DNA from: Pseudomonadota bacterium
GTDB lineage: Bacteria; Campylobacterota; Campylobacteria; Campylobacterales; Sulfurimonadaceae
Reading direction: 5' to 3'
DNA length: 64,000 bases
NCBI GenBank assembly: GCA_043797085.1
Contig: JAZDQA010000004.1
Coordinates: 1-64,000, forward strand
In this document: one piece after another, positions 19,725 to 29,429 of the stretch
Layout of the letters: the number at the start of each line of letters is the position of its first letter
How positions within the stretch are numbered: the stretch's first letter is position 1
The notes under the pieces: generated by a model
What the model was told of the DNA's origin: nothing
Seen by the model: the letters and a program-made list of their open reading frames with translations, nothing else
Databases searched by the model: none
Made by a program: the position numbers and the translations under genes

Positions 19725-20762
19725 ATGTCAGCAATACTTCGTGTACAAGAAGCGATAGAAGAGTTTAAAAAAGGGCGTATGGTCATCATGGTTGATGACG
19801 AAGATCGTGAAAATGAGGGTGACTTGGTTTATGCGTCTGTTTTTTCAACTCCGGATCATGTAAATTTCATGGCTACTCATGCCAAAGGGCTTATTTGTGT
19901 TGCTATCAATCCAAGCATCGCTAAACGTCTAAATTTGGAGCCTATGGTTAAAACCAATTCATCTATGCATGAGACAGCCTTTACGGTCTCTGTGGATGCT
20001 ACAGCGGCTACTACGGGTATTTCTACGCATGAGCGAGACATGACGATCAAAATTTTGGCAAATCCGGTAAGTCATGCGACTGAGCTGGTAATGCCGGGGC
20101 ATATTTTCCCTTTGATTGCAAAAGAGGGTGGAACGTTGGTTCGTATCGGTCATACGGAGGGATCAGTTGATTTGTGTCGTTTATCCGGTTTGGCAGAATC
20201 TGCGGTTATCTGTGAGATTATGAAAGAAGACGGCTCAATGGCTCGTCGAGATGATCTGGACATTTTTGCCAAAAAGCATTCACTTAAAACGGTTTATATT
20301 TCAGATATTGTTGAGTATCGTCTCGCCAATGAGATATTGGTCAAAGCAGTTTCGGAAGAAGAGATTGAGTTTTTTGGTGTTCATGTCAAAAAATATTGTT
20401 TTGAAGATCATCAAGGGGATCAGCATACTGCGATTGTTTTTTACAAAGCAGGAGAGACTGCTAATGTGAGAGTTCACAACGTTATCCCTGATATTGATCT
20501 TTTACTCAATCAAAATCGTTATTCTCAACTTATTGATTCGATACATTACTTGAAACAAAACAGCGGAGTATTGTTATTTATTAACAAACCACAGCATCAT
20601 TCGGCAAATATGAAAGAATACGGTATCGGAGCGCAGATACTCAAAATTTTAGGTGTACGACACATGCGACTTATTGCCGATTCTAAAAATGTTGAATTTG
20701 CTGCGTTAAGCGGATTTGGTTTGGATGTTGTGGAAGTTATCAATCCCACTGATGGGATATAA
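19725..20762 (+). CDS. ribB: 3,4-dihydroxy-2-butanone-4-phosphate synthase with C-terminal GTP cyclohydrolase II-like domain
   Basis: DDEDRENEGD, AFTVSVDA, PGHIFPL, GHTEGSVDL, ICEI; YGIGAQIL. Confidence 0.93.
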   Translation: MSAILRVQEAIEEFKKGRMVIMVDDEDRENEGDLVYASVFSTPDHVNFMATHAKGLICVAINPSIAKRLNLEPMVKTNSSMHETAFTVSVDATAATTGISTHERDMTIKILANPVSHATELVMPGHIFPLIAKEGGTLVRIGHTEGSVDLCRLSGLAESAVICEIMKEDGSMARRDDLDIFAKKHSLKTVYISDIVEYRLANEILVKAVSEEEIEFFGVHVKKYCFEDHQGDQHTAIVFYKAGETANVRVHNVIPDIDLLLNQNRYSQLIDSIHYLKQNSGVLLFINKPQHHSANMKEYGIGAQILKILGVRHMRLIADSKNVEFAALSGFGLDVVEVINPTDGI

Positions 20763-20764
20763 TA

Positions 20765-20784
20765 AGTAGGCTAGTAAGCCTACT
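20765..20784. terminator. Hairpin between convergent ribB and cysE
   Basis: AGTAGGCT-AGTA-AGCCTACT. Confidence 0.55.
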
Positions 20785-20801
20785 GAAGATTTAGAGGTAA
20801 C

Positions 20802-21503
20802 TTAGTTTTTCATTGCCTTAATGAACGATTCATAAATATTTTCAAGTTGAAGATCTTGCTCAAGAATTTCGGTATTGTCTTGTACCATATAGTGCTCTAA
20901 AACCGCAACACGTTTGAGAAGGTATTCAAACATCTCTTTGTTAATATCGGGAAGTTTGTTGTGGCTGAAGGGGTCTTTATCTCGCCCTTTTTGGATGACA
21001 TGAGCGGGAATTCCAATGGCGGTACTGTTTTCAGGAACATTTCGCACGACAACCGAGTTCGCTCCTACTTTGGAGTTCTCACCGATGGTAATATTCCCTA
21101 AAATTTTAGCTCCGGCACCGATAACCACACCGCGTTTGATCGTCGGGTGGCGCTTGCCTGCCGTTAAGCTTACTCCTCCAAGCGTTACCCCTTGATAGAT
21201 GAGAACATCATCTTCGATAATGGCGGTCTGACCGATAACAACACCCGTTCCATGGTCGATAAAAACACGTCGCCCGATGGTAGCACCCGGATGAATGTCT
21301 ATGTGGGTAATGATTTGATTAATACCCATGATGAGGCGGGAGATGGATTTGAAATTATTTCGGTAAAGTCGGTTAGCAATACGGTACCAAAAAATCGCCC
21401 ACACGCCCGGATAGTTGAACAACAACTCTATTCGTGAGCTGATTGCTGGGTCGTTCTTGTAAACGTTCGAAAAATCTTCGCTAATTTCAGAAAAAAGTCC
21501 CAA
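20802..21503 (-). CDS. cysE: Serine O-acetyltransferase
   Basis: DIHPGATIGRRVFIDHGTG, KRHPTI, GAGAKILG hexapeptide repeats; TTG start. Confidence 0.95.
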   Translation of the reverse strand: MGLFSEISEDFSNVYKNDPAISSRIELLFNYPGVWAIFWYRIANRLYRNNFKSISRLIMGINQIITHIDIHPGATIGRRVFIDHGTGVVIGQTAIIEDDVLIYQGVTLGGVSLTAGKRHPTIKRGVVIGAGAKILGNITIGENSKVGANSVVVRNVPENSTAIGIPAHVIQKGRDKDPFSHNKLPDINKEMFEYLLKRVAVLEHYMVQDNTEILEQDLQLENIYESFIKAMKN

Positions 21504-21512
21504 AAAAAATCC

Positions 21513-23342
21513 TTATCGTGTTGTGCGTAAATAACCATTTTGGTAAAGGTACATTTCGAGTTTTTGAAGTGTATCAGTTTTTTCTTCTTCTGCCATAAAT
21601 TCACTGGTTGCCAGTTTATTTTTAAGGTTCGTTAGAAGTTTTGAGCTGTCATATCCAATATCTTCAAGAATATTAAGAACATTGTCCGATTCAGTGAAGT
21701 TTTCAATCTCATATCCCGTGTCATTGATGAGAATCGTACATTCACTGGGGTGAGTAAAGAGGTTGTGGTTCATACCCAGTGTCTCTTGATAAGCTCCTAC
21801 GTTGAAAAAAGCAAGGAAATATTCTTCTTCGTCCAAATCAATATCGTGGAGATACAAAGGAGTCTCGGGTTTGAATTTTATTTCCCCATCGCTGTCACAG
21901 GTAATGTCCCAAAGACTCGCTGCACGAATGGCGGGGATATCCAGACGGTTAAGAGGCATGATAGGGAAGGGCTGTTGTAATCCCCAGTAATCGGGGATAC
22001 TTTGGAAAATTGAGCTGTTGATAAGATAGCGCTCTTGCAGTTTGACTTGAAGACGCTCGATTTCGGGTACGAGGTTGTCTTGGGAGAGGTAGAGTGATTT
22101 TTTGATAATCTGATGAACTAAGATTTCAGCATTGGAGCGATCCAAGAGATCAATATGACCTAGGTTGAAAAGAGTTAGCAAGGATTCCATGTGATCGAGG
22201 GCATCGTGCATGTATTCGATGCACGTACGTGGAGATAAAAGGGAATTCAACTCACGTAATTCTTCAATAAGAGGAGGATTTTTCTCTTTGAGTTTGAGTG
22301 ATTTTTCTTGATAGTCGTGTGAAAAAAGTTCCAGCACAGGAGAAATCAAAACGGAGTGTGAAGCTACGATAAATCGTCCTGATTCGGTATAAATATCGGG
22401 ATGATCAACGCCTTTTGCATTCATAATTTCACGTAGCAAAAAGACAACACTGTTTGAAAACTCTTCTAGGGTGTAGTTGCGAAGTCGTGTGGAAGTGTGC
22501 TGTGAATACTCAACCGCCAGTCCTCCTCCGATATTGATTGCTCCTAGTGCTGAGGCTCCCATTTTTTTGAGCTCTGCATAGATATTTCCCGATTCACGTA
22601 ATACACGCTTAAGTGTAGAGATATCTTGCATTTGTGAGCCGACATGAAAATGAATCATCGTGAAATGATCTACCATGTTATGCTCTTGCAGCATGCTCAT
22701 CGCTTCAATGAGCTCGGTAGAGGTAAGACCGAATTTGGCACTTAGACCGCTGCTTTTTGCCCAAATTCCGCTTCCTTCGCTTTGGAGACGAATACGGATA
22801 CCGATATTAGGGACTTTGAGGTTGCACGATTGCGCGACATCAATAATCCATTCAAGCTCACCGATTCCTTCGATGGTAATGGTAATATCATGCCCCATTT
22901 GCGCGGCAATGAAACTAAGCGTAACCATCTCTTCGTCTTTGAAACCATTTACGGTGATGGGGGAACCTAGAGGAGTTTTTGCCATTGCGAGGGCGAGTTC
23001 TGCTTTGGAACCTGCTTCTAAACCGTATCCGTATTTTTCGCCGTGTTCAACGATAGCATCGACGGCTTCTGGAAATTGATTGACTTTGAGTGGGAAAACG
23101 GCACGAAATTTTCCGGTGTAATCGTTTTCAAAAATGGCACGTTGAAAGTTCGAATAGAGTAAATCGATTTGTTTGCCGATAAGATGGGGAAAACGTAAAA
23201 TCAAGGGACCGCTAAGATTTGTTTTGCGAATTTTATGGGCAATTTCTATCAATGATGGGGAACTTTTATAGTTAACTTTTATCATCCCTTGGTCGATCAT
23301 AAAGTTGTTTTCGCCCCATATATCAATACCGTAATTATTCAT
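21513..23342 (-). CDS. speA: Biosynthetic arginine decarboxylase
   Basis: FPLKVNQ, GLEAGSKAE, HFHVGSQ, GGGLAVEY, DITCDSDG, GAYQE; start taken at MNNYG (23342), coupled to the hisS stop. Confidence 0.95.
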   Translation of the reverse strand: MNNYGIDIWGENNFMIDQGMIKVNYKSSPSLIEIAHKIRKTNLSGPLILRFPHLIGKQIDLLYSNFQRAIFENDYTGKFRAVFPLKVNQFPEAVDAIVEHGEKYGYGLEAGSKAELALAMAKTPLGSPITVNGFKDEEMVTLSFIAAQMGHDITITIEGIGELEWIIDVAQSCNLKVPNIGIRIRLQSEGSGIWAKSSGLSAKFGLTSTELIEAMSMLQEHNMVDHFTMIHFHVGSQMQDISTLKRVLRESGNIYAELKKMGASALGAINIGGGLAVEYSQHTSTRLRNYTLEEFSNSVVFLLREIMNAKGVDHPDIYTESGRFIVASHSVLISPVLELFSHDYQEKSLKLKEKNPPLIEELRELNSLLSPRTCIEYMHDALDHMESLLTLFNLGHIDLLDRSNAEILVHQIIKKSLYLSQDNLVPEIERLQVKLQERYLINSSIFQSIPDYWGLQQPFPIMPLNRLDIPAIRAASLWDITCDSDGEIKFKPETPLYLHDIDLDEEEYFLAFFNVGAYQETLGMNHNLFTHPSECTILINDTGYEIENFTESDNVLNILEDIGYDSSKLLTNLKNKLATSEFMAEEEKTDTLQKLEMYLYQNGYLRTTR

Positions 23343-24555
23343 GAGTTCCCTCTTTAAGTGAAATAGTAGACTCTTTTTGTTCAACCAAATCTTTTATCCA
23401 AATCGTATTATTCAGCCGTTCGTTCTCACCGATAACGGCACAATAGCGAGCATTGATACGATCGGCCCCTTTGAGATGGTTTTTGAGGCTTTTAGCGTCG
23501 TATTCAACGACAGCTTTATCCGTTTTACGAAAATTCTCAGCTGCTTTGAGAATGAGCGGTAACGACTCCTCTTCCATCGCACCCAGATAATATCCCTCAC
23601 GTACGGGTTCGGGCATTACAATGAGTTCCATCAAACGTTCGATTCCCAATGCAAATCCTACCGCAGGGGTTGGTTTACCGTCTAAAAATTCGATAAGGCG
23701 GTCATATCGTCCCCCACCGGCGATAGCACTTTGAGAGCCGATTGCATCACTGACGAATTCAAAGGCAGTTTTAGAATAATAATCCAGTCCGCGTACGAGG
23801 TTGGTATCAAGTTCATAATCAATTTGATGCTGATCTAAAATAGATTTGAGGGTTTCAAAATCCTTTTCGCACCCTGCACAGAGATGATTGAGGAGTTTGG
23901 GTGCTTGGGTATAAAGATTCTGGCACGCTTGGTTTTTACAGTCCAATACACGGATAGGATTGGTGGACTTTCGTCGTTGGCAGTCTTCGCAAATGGCATC
24001 ACCGCAGGTATCGATAAAAGCAATGAGCTTCTCACGGTAGGCTGGCATACAGTTTTGATCACCCAGAGAGTTGAGCTTTAGGCTGTAACCGATTCCTAAG
24101 GCTTTTAAAATATCAGCAACCATCATAATCATTAACGCATCTTCCATTACAGAGGCAACGCCGAAACTCTCTACTCCAAACTGGTGGAACTGACGCAACC
24201 GACCTTTTTGGGGACGTTCATAGCGAAACATCGAGCCATGATAGTAAAAGCGGTGAATTCCCCCTTTTTTATCCAGCTTGTTTTGGACAAAAGCACGAAC
24301 CACTCCTGCAGTTCCCTCGGGGCGTAAACACACGTCATTGCCACCTTTGTCGGTGAACTGATACATCTCTTTACCTACGATATCACTGCTTTCACCCACG
24401 GAGCGCTTGAAAAGGGATGTCTCTTCGAGAAGCGGGGTTTCGATGTAATGAAAACCGTAACGTTTAGCGATAGTGGAGGCAGTAGAAATAAAATACTCAA
24501 AACGTTCATAGTCGTTTGAGAGAATATCATTCATTCCGCGTAAAGATTGGATCAT
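23335..24555 (-). CDS. hisS: Histidine-tRNA ligase
   Basis: LRPEGTAG, FRYERPQKGR.RQFHQ, LVRGLDYY, GGGRYD. Confidence 0.97.
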   Translation of the reverse strand: MIQSLRGMNDILSNDYERFEYFISTASTIAKRYGFHYIETPLLEETSLFKRSVGESSDIVGKEMYQFTDKGGNDVCLRPEGTAGVVRAFVQNKLDKKGGIHRFYYHGSMFRYERPQKGRLRQFHQFGVESFGVASVMEDALMIMMVADILKALGIGYSLKLNSLGDQNCMPAYREKLIAFIDTCGDAICEDCQRRKSTNPIRVLDCKNQACQNLYTQAPKLLNHLCAGCEKDFETLKSILDQHQIDYELDTNLVRGLDYYSKTAFEFVSDAIGSQSAIAGGGRYDRLIEFLDGKPTPAVGFALGIERLMELIVMPEPVREGYYLGAMEEESLPLILKAAENFRKTDKAVVEYDAKSLKNHLKGADRINARYCAVIGENERLNNTIWIKDLVEQKESTISLKEGTHE

Positions 24556-25133
24556 TCGTTTCCTTTTATGAGACCGGCGATCTCGTTTGTAATAGTATCA
24601 ATAGATTGTGACGCATCGATTACAAAGGTTTGTATGCCTAGTGCTTGAGATGCTTTTATAAGTGCTTCTTGGATGTTTAGTAAATAATCAATTCCTCGTG
24701 CCTCGATAACGTCATGCTCTTTTTGAGAGAGTCGATTCGCTAGTTCTTGTGGAGAAAGTTTTAGGATAAAAACTTTCTCAGGGAGCTTTCCGCCAGTGGC
24801 AAGAGTGTTTAGAGATACAAGCGTCTCAATCTCACAAATATCTTGTACTAATGCGTATGCAACCCCTGAAACAGCGGAACGATCACTAATGATGAGAGAG
24901 TTGATATTTGGTAATATGATACTCTCGGTATGCTCTGCTCGATCAGCTAAGAAGAGGAGGAATTCCGCCATTTTACTTTTAAGTTCCCCATGCAGAACCA
25001 TCGATCGTATTTCAATACCGACAGCAGTCCCTCCCGGTTCTTTAGTATAAACAGCTTCCGGAAAAAGCGATTTTAAACACTCGATCTGGGTGCTTTTCCC
25101 CGCAGTATCAATCCCCTCTATTGCAATGTACAT
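24552..25133 (-). CDS. tmk: Thymidylate kinase
   Basis: IEGIDTAGKST, KEPGG, LFLADR, SDR. Confidence 0.95.
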   Translation of the reverse strand: MYIAIEGIDTAGKSTQIECLKSLFPEAVYTKEPGGTAVGIEIRSMVLHGELKSKMAEFLLFLADRAEHTESIILPNINSLIISDRSAVSGVAYALVQDICEIETLVSLNTLATGGKLPEKVFILKLSPQELANRLSQKEHDVIEARGIDYLLNIQEALIKASQALGIQTFVIDASQSIDTITNEIAGLIKGNE

Positions 25134-25615
25134 GAATTCATACTCCCGATAACTTTTTGAACCGATGCGGGTAAAAGGTGGTCGGTTTTAGCGTTGAATT
25201 TTAGCAGATTTCGGACGATGGAAGAGCTGATAAACGCATGTTTGAGTTTGGGCATCAAATAGACCGTTTCGATGGTGGGATCAAGAGAGTTGTTGAGATA
25301 TCCCAACTGCAATTCAAACTCAAAATCACTCACCGCACGAAGACCACGGATAAGGACGGTTGCCCCTAATGTTTTGGCAAGTTCTACGGTGAGGTTATCG
25401 AAGCCGACTACCCGTACGCGATCTAAATCTTTGATAGCAAGCTTTGTCATTTCTACACGCTCTTCGAGGCTAAACATGGGGCGCTTATCTCTCGAATCTG
25501 CCACAGCAATAATCACTTCGTCGAACAGTTTTAATCCCCGTTCAATAATATCAAAATGACCATTGGTTATGGGATCAAAAGTTCCGGGATAAAGGGCTAT
25601 TGTGTTGCATTTCAT
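25118..25615 (-). CDS. coaD: Pantetheine-phosphate adenylyltransferase
   Basis: YPGTFDPITNGH, RGLRAVSDFEFE, ISSS; ATGA overlap with the ubiX stop. Confidence 0.96.
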   Translation of the reverse strand: MKCNTIALYPGTFDPITNGHFDIIERGLKLFDEVIIAVADSRDKRPMFSLEERVEMTKLAIKDLDRVRVVGFDNLTVELAKTLGATVLIRGLRAVSDFEFELQLGYLNNSLDPTIETVYLMPKLKHAFISSSIVRNLLKFNAKTDHLLPASVQKVIGSMNSCTLQ

Positions 25616-26136
25616 TCGCCGCTCCACCGTTTATAAAGATTATTGTCAATTTTCATCAAATCCATCCATTTGCCTATCATAAAGTTTTCCATATCTTCCA
25701 AAGTCGTTTGTTCTCCATAATACGCCAAGGCTGGTGGTGCGATGATGACTCCCATCATGGACAGTTTGTGCATATTTTCCAGAGCAATCGGTGAAAACGG
25801 TATTTCTCGCGGTGCTAAAATCAATGTTTTACGCTCTTTTATCATCACGCTTGCTGCACGGGTTATAAGGTTGTCCGCGATCCCGCAGGAAATTTTAGCG
25901 AGAGTATTCATACTGCACGGCGTGATAATCATCGCATCTGCACCGTACGACCCTGAGGCAACGGATGCCCATATTTCAGTATTTTGATGAAAATTGGTAT
26001 TTTCTTCTTTTTCCAAAACAATATTAGCATGTTCAGAAACAATTAAATGTTTAATTATATCAGCAGGAAGCGCATGTAAAAATTTAAGTCCCAAGGAAGC
26101 ACCGCTGGCTCCGCTTATACCTACGACGATTTTCAT
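25612..26136 (-). CDS. ubiX: UbiX-family flavin prenyltransferase
   Basis: VGISGASG, ASGS, PCSMNTLA, RAASV.IKERK.LILAPRE.P. Confidence 0.93.
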   Translation of the reverse strand: MKIVVGISGASGASLGLKFLHALPADIIKHLIVSEHANIVLEKEENTNFHQNTEIWASVASGSYGADAMIITPCSMNTLAKISCGIADNLITRAASVMIKERKTLILAPREIPFSPIALENMHKLSMMGVIIAPPALAYYGEQTTLEDMENFMIGKWMDLMKIDNNLYKRWSGE

Positions 26137-26999
26137 TGAAGCTCCACTGCATTTTCTCCGATAATTTTGGCACGGACGCGTTTGCTGTCGGCTTTTTCGA
26201 TTGTAATAATATCATACAGTGCGCCCTCTTGCATGGCGGTTGCGATAAACTCTACAATTACGGTGTCATTTTTGACTTGGACACTCACTTTTGAACCGCG
26301 TAAAACGAGGGGAATGGATTCGATATGGCGATCAAGCAGAGGCGTATCATTTTTTAGTGATGTTTTATATCGACTCATTTTATCCGGAAGAGAGATAAGA
26401 GGTTTGCTTCTAAATGAGCTAAAAGGGATCGTTTTTATGGCGCAATTATTCAGTGAAACGACCTCTTTGCGAGATGTTTTTTGGCTCGTATGGAGGACGC
26501 TCAAGGTTGCATCAACCGTGAAATCAAAATAGTGGCGGATACCATTGTTGTCGGGGACGTAAAAAGTGCCTTTATTTTTAGTCGCCATATTTTTATCAAA
26601 AACGGCATGTCCGTTCTTGGGAAGTGATTGGATATAGCCATGAGGAAAAACTTGGATGGATTGGATACTGATAGTAGGATATTGTTCGGTAAAAAAAGTG
26701 GTGAGCTGATTTTGAAGCAGAGTATAATCGCTATCACTTCGTTTTGAAAAGGTCACAAACCGAACTTTACCGCTCTCCAGTGCGCACCCGTTGAGTTCAA
26801 AAGTTTTCAGAAGTATTTGGGCATTCACACGATAGGACGTTTTTCCATCAGGGATAAGGAGAATTTCAAACGATTTTGGACAGCTTACATTCAAATCCGC
26901 TGACGTAATTGTTGGATGAGTAAAGGTATAGCTCTGTTGCAGGGTATTAGCATAGAGACCAGAGAGAAAAAAAGTGATAATAAAGATAAATTTGCCCAT
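26133..26999 (-). CDS. flgA: Flagellar basal-body P-ring formation chaperone FlgA
   Basis: Signal peptide; C-terminal LV.RG..V....A..QEG..D.I SAF/ChapFlgA pattern; conserved position next to ubiX-coaD in Campylobacterota. Confidence 0.8.
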   Translation of the reverse strand: MGKFIFIITFFLSGLYANTLQQSYTFTHPTITSADLNVSCPKSFEILLIPDGKTSYRVNAQILLKTFELNGCALESGKVRFVTFSKRSDSDYTLLQNQLTTFFTEQYPTISIQSIQVFPHGYIQSLPKNGHAVFDKNMATKNKGTFYVPDNNGIRHYFDFTVDATLSVLHTSQKTSRKEVVSLNNCAIKTIPFSSFRSKPLISLPDKMSRYKTSLKNDTPLLDRHIESIPLVLRGSKVSVQVKNDTVIVEFIATAMQEGALYDIITIEKADSKRVRAKIIGENAVELQ

Positions 27000-27086
27000 T
27001 AGAGTGTAATTGTAACACAGTGACATTTGTTTTTTAACAAGTTTGCGTTATTCTTTAAGTTCCAAATAATAATAAAGCGTAGTGAT

Positions 27087-29429
27087 ATGATTTTTAGAAA
27101 AAAAGAATTTTTATTAGAACTTAATGCAGAAGAAAATGCTCAGATGCGTCAAGAGCAAGTAAAAATTATGTACAAACAAGCATTAGCCTCAGTATTTGCT
27201 CTATTTTTCGGTGCAATAATCATTGTTTATATTTTTTCTTCAACACCTCTTGAAAAACCGATTTTAATTTGGTTTGTCGCAGTTAGTATAACTTTGATTT
27301 GGCGTTTATGGGTCTTGAATTCTTATTATACTCATCCCGAAAGCCATGATAATGCAACATTTGAAAAGCGGCTTGTGTACGCAATGTATGCTTCTGCTTT
27401 AGTGTGGGGAAGTATTGCTTTTTTTATTTTTAAATCTTCTAGTTTATCGCAACAATTTTTTCTTATCTTTCTATTAACAGGTATTGCTTCCGTCGCATCA
27501 GGGACACTTGCCTCTTTGCTAAAAGTTGCAATGATTTTTTTAGCGCTTCTTTTAGTTCCACTGTTTATTGTGTTATTTTTTCACGGTGGGTTTGAGTTTC
27601 AGATGATGGGAATCTTTATTGTGATTTATTATTTTTTGATTATCAGTGCTGCAAAGCGGATAAACATCAATATTAAAAGTGCCATAACATCAAAAATATT
27701 GCATGAAAAAGCGACAAGAGAACTACATATTTCTGAAGAGCATTTTGTAACGATTTTCAAAGAAGCACCGACAGGGATCTTTTTTTATAATAATGATCTT
27801 ATTGTATTGGACTCTAATTCTGAGATGCTCAATATTCTCCAAATTAGTCGCGAGCGGATGGTCGGGTTGGATTTACGAAATCTACCTGACCCCTGCTTGG
27901 ATGAAGCACTCACTGCTTATCAGCGTGGAGAAAAAGGATTTTATGAAGGTCCGTATACGACAATGATTAACAAGCTTCAGCTTTGGATTACTCTCAAAAC
28001 ATCACCGATTTATGATGATAATCGGAGGATCGTCGGTGGAGTTGCGATTGTCAATGATATTACCGAGCGAAGGATAGCCCAAGAAAAAATGCAGCATCAA
28101 GCCTATTTTGATGCGCTTACGGATATTCCTAACCGGTTATTGCTCACAGATCGCATTGAACAGTCATTGGCTCAGTATCGACGTCATCATAATTTGTTGG
28201 CGGTATTGTTTTTGGATTTAGATCATTTTAAAAGTGTGAACGATTCATTGGGACATCATATTGGTGATATATTGCTCATTGAGACGGCAAAACGATTGGT
28301 AAGTGTATGTCGTGAAGGGGACACGGTTGCGCGTTTGGGTGGTGATGAATTTGTCATTTTACTCAACGAGCTTGGAAACGATCCTCATCTTGCTGCAACA
28401 AAGGCAGAGGTTGTTGCTGAAAAAATTCATGAAGTTCTTTCAAAAGCTTTTGATGTAGGACTAAATGAGCCGATCATCACAAGTTCCAGTATCGGTATTT
28501 CATTGGTAGGTTCCAATGAACATACAGCGGATGATTTGCTTAAATTTGCAGATACGGCGATGTATCAAGCAAAAAAAGAAGGACGCAGTACCACTCGTTT
28601 TTACCAAGAACAAATGGATCAATGGATTAAAAAGCAGATTTTTTTAGAAAATACTCTTCGTAATGCTATTAAAAATGGAGAGCTTGAAGTTTATTATCAA
28701 CCATTGGTCGAAGTAAAATCAAAAAATATTGTTGGGGCAGAAGCACTATTGCGCTGGAACCATTCGACGCTTGGGCTAGTAATGCCTGATGAAATGATCA
28801 GTATCGCAGAAGAGAGTGGGCTGATTATTCCTATCGGGGATTGGGTACTTAAAGAGGCCTGTACGCAATTTGTAAGCTGGAAAAGTAATCATCCGCGCGG
28901 AAGTGAGCTAAGACGACTCGCCGTAAATGTGAGTGTTATTCAATTTCGTCAAAACGATTTTGTAGCAAAAGTTATGGACATTATTACCAAAACGGGCATG
29001 GACCCTTCTATGCTTGAAATAGAGCTGACTGAATCGGTGATTATTGAAAAAATGGATATGATTATTGAGAAAATGAAGCAGTTGAAAGTTTTTGGGATAG
29101 GAATGTCCATGGATGATTTTGGTACGGGTTATTCCTCTTTAAGCTCTTTAAAACAGCTTCCGATTTCGACGTTGAAAATTGATCGCAGCTTCATCCGCGA
29201 TATTATGATTGATGGAGATGATGCTGCTTTAGTTGAAACGATTATTGCGATGGCATCCATTTTTAAACTGGATATTATCGCAGAGGGAGTAGAAACAATG
29301 GACCAGTTACTCTTTTTAGAATCATTCAAATGCCGTTATTTTCAAGGATATTTGTGCAGTAAACCGATTGCTGTTGAGGAGTTTGAAGTGTTATTAGAGA
29401 CTAATTTTAGCACAGAGTTCTCCAAATGA
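27087..29429 (+). CDS. Membrane-bound PAS-GGDEF-EAL diguanylate cyclase/phosphodiesterase
   Basis: About 6 TM helices, PAS-like segment, REGD I-site with RLGGDEF, EALLRW, DDFGTGYSS; start taken at ATG 27087. Confidence 0.92.
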   Translation: MIFRKKEFLLELNAEENAQMRQEQVKIMYKQALASVFALFFGAIIIVYIFSSTPLEKPILIWFVAVSITLIWRLWVLNSYYTHPESHDNATFEKRLVYAMYASALVWGSIAFFIFKSSSLSQQFFLIFLLTGIASVASGTLASLLKVAMIFLALLLVPLFIVLFFHGGFEFQMMGIFIVIYYFLIISAAKRININIKSAITSKILHEKATRELHISEEHFVTIFKEAPTGIFFYNNDLIVLDSNSEMLNILQISRERMVGLDLRNLPDPCLDEALTAYQRGEKGFYEGPYTTMINKLQLWITLKTSPIYDDNRRIVGGVAIVNDITERRIAQEKMQHQAYFDALTDIPNRLLLTDRIEQSLAQYRRHHNLLAVLFLDLDHFKSVNDSLGHHIGDILLIETAKRLVSVCREGDTVARLGGDEFVILLNELGNDPHLAATKAEVVAEKIHEVLSKAFDVGLNEPIITSSSIGISLVGSNEHTADDLLKFADTAMYQAKKEGRSTTRFYQEQMDQWIKKQIFLENTLRNAIKNGELEVYYQPLVEVKSKNIVGAEALLRWNHSTLGLVMPDEMISIAEESGLIIPIGDWVLKEACTQFVSWKSNHPRGSELRRLAVNVSVIQFRQNDFVAKVMDIITKTGMDPSMLEIELTESVIIEKMDMIIEKMKQLKVFGIGMSMDDFGTGYSSLSSLKQLPISTLKIDRSFIRDIMIDGDDAALVETIIAMASIFKLDIIAEGVETMDQLLFLESFKCRYFQGYLCSKPIAVEEFEVLLETNFSTEFSK

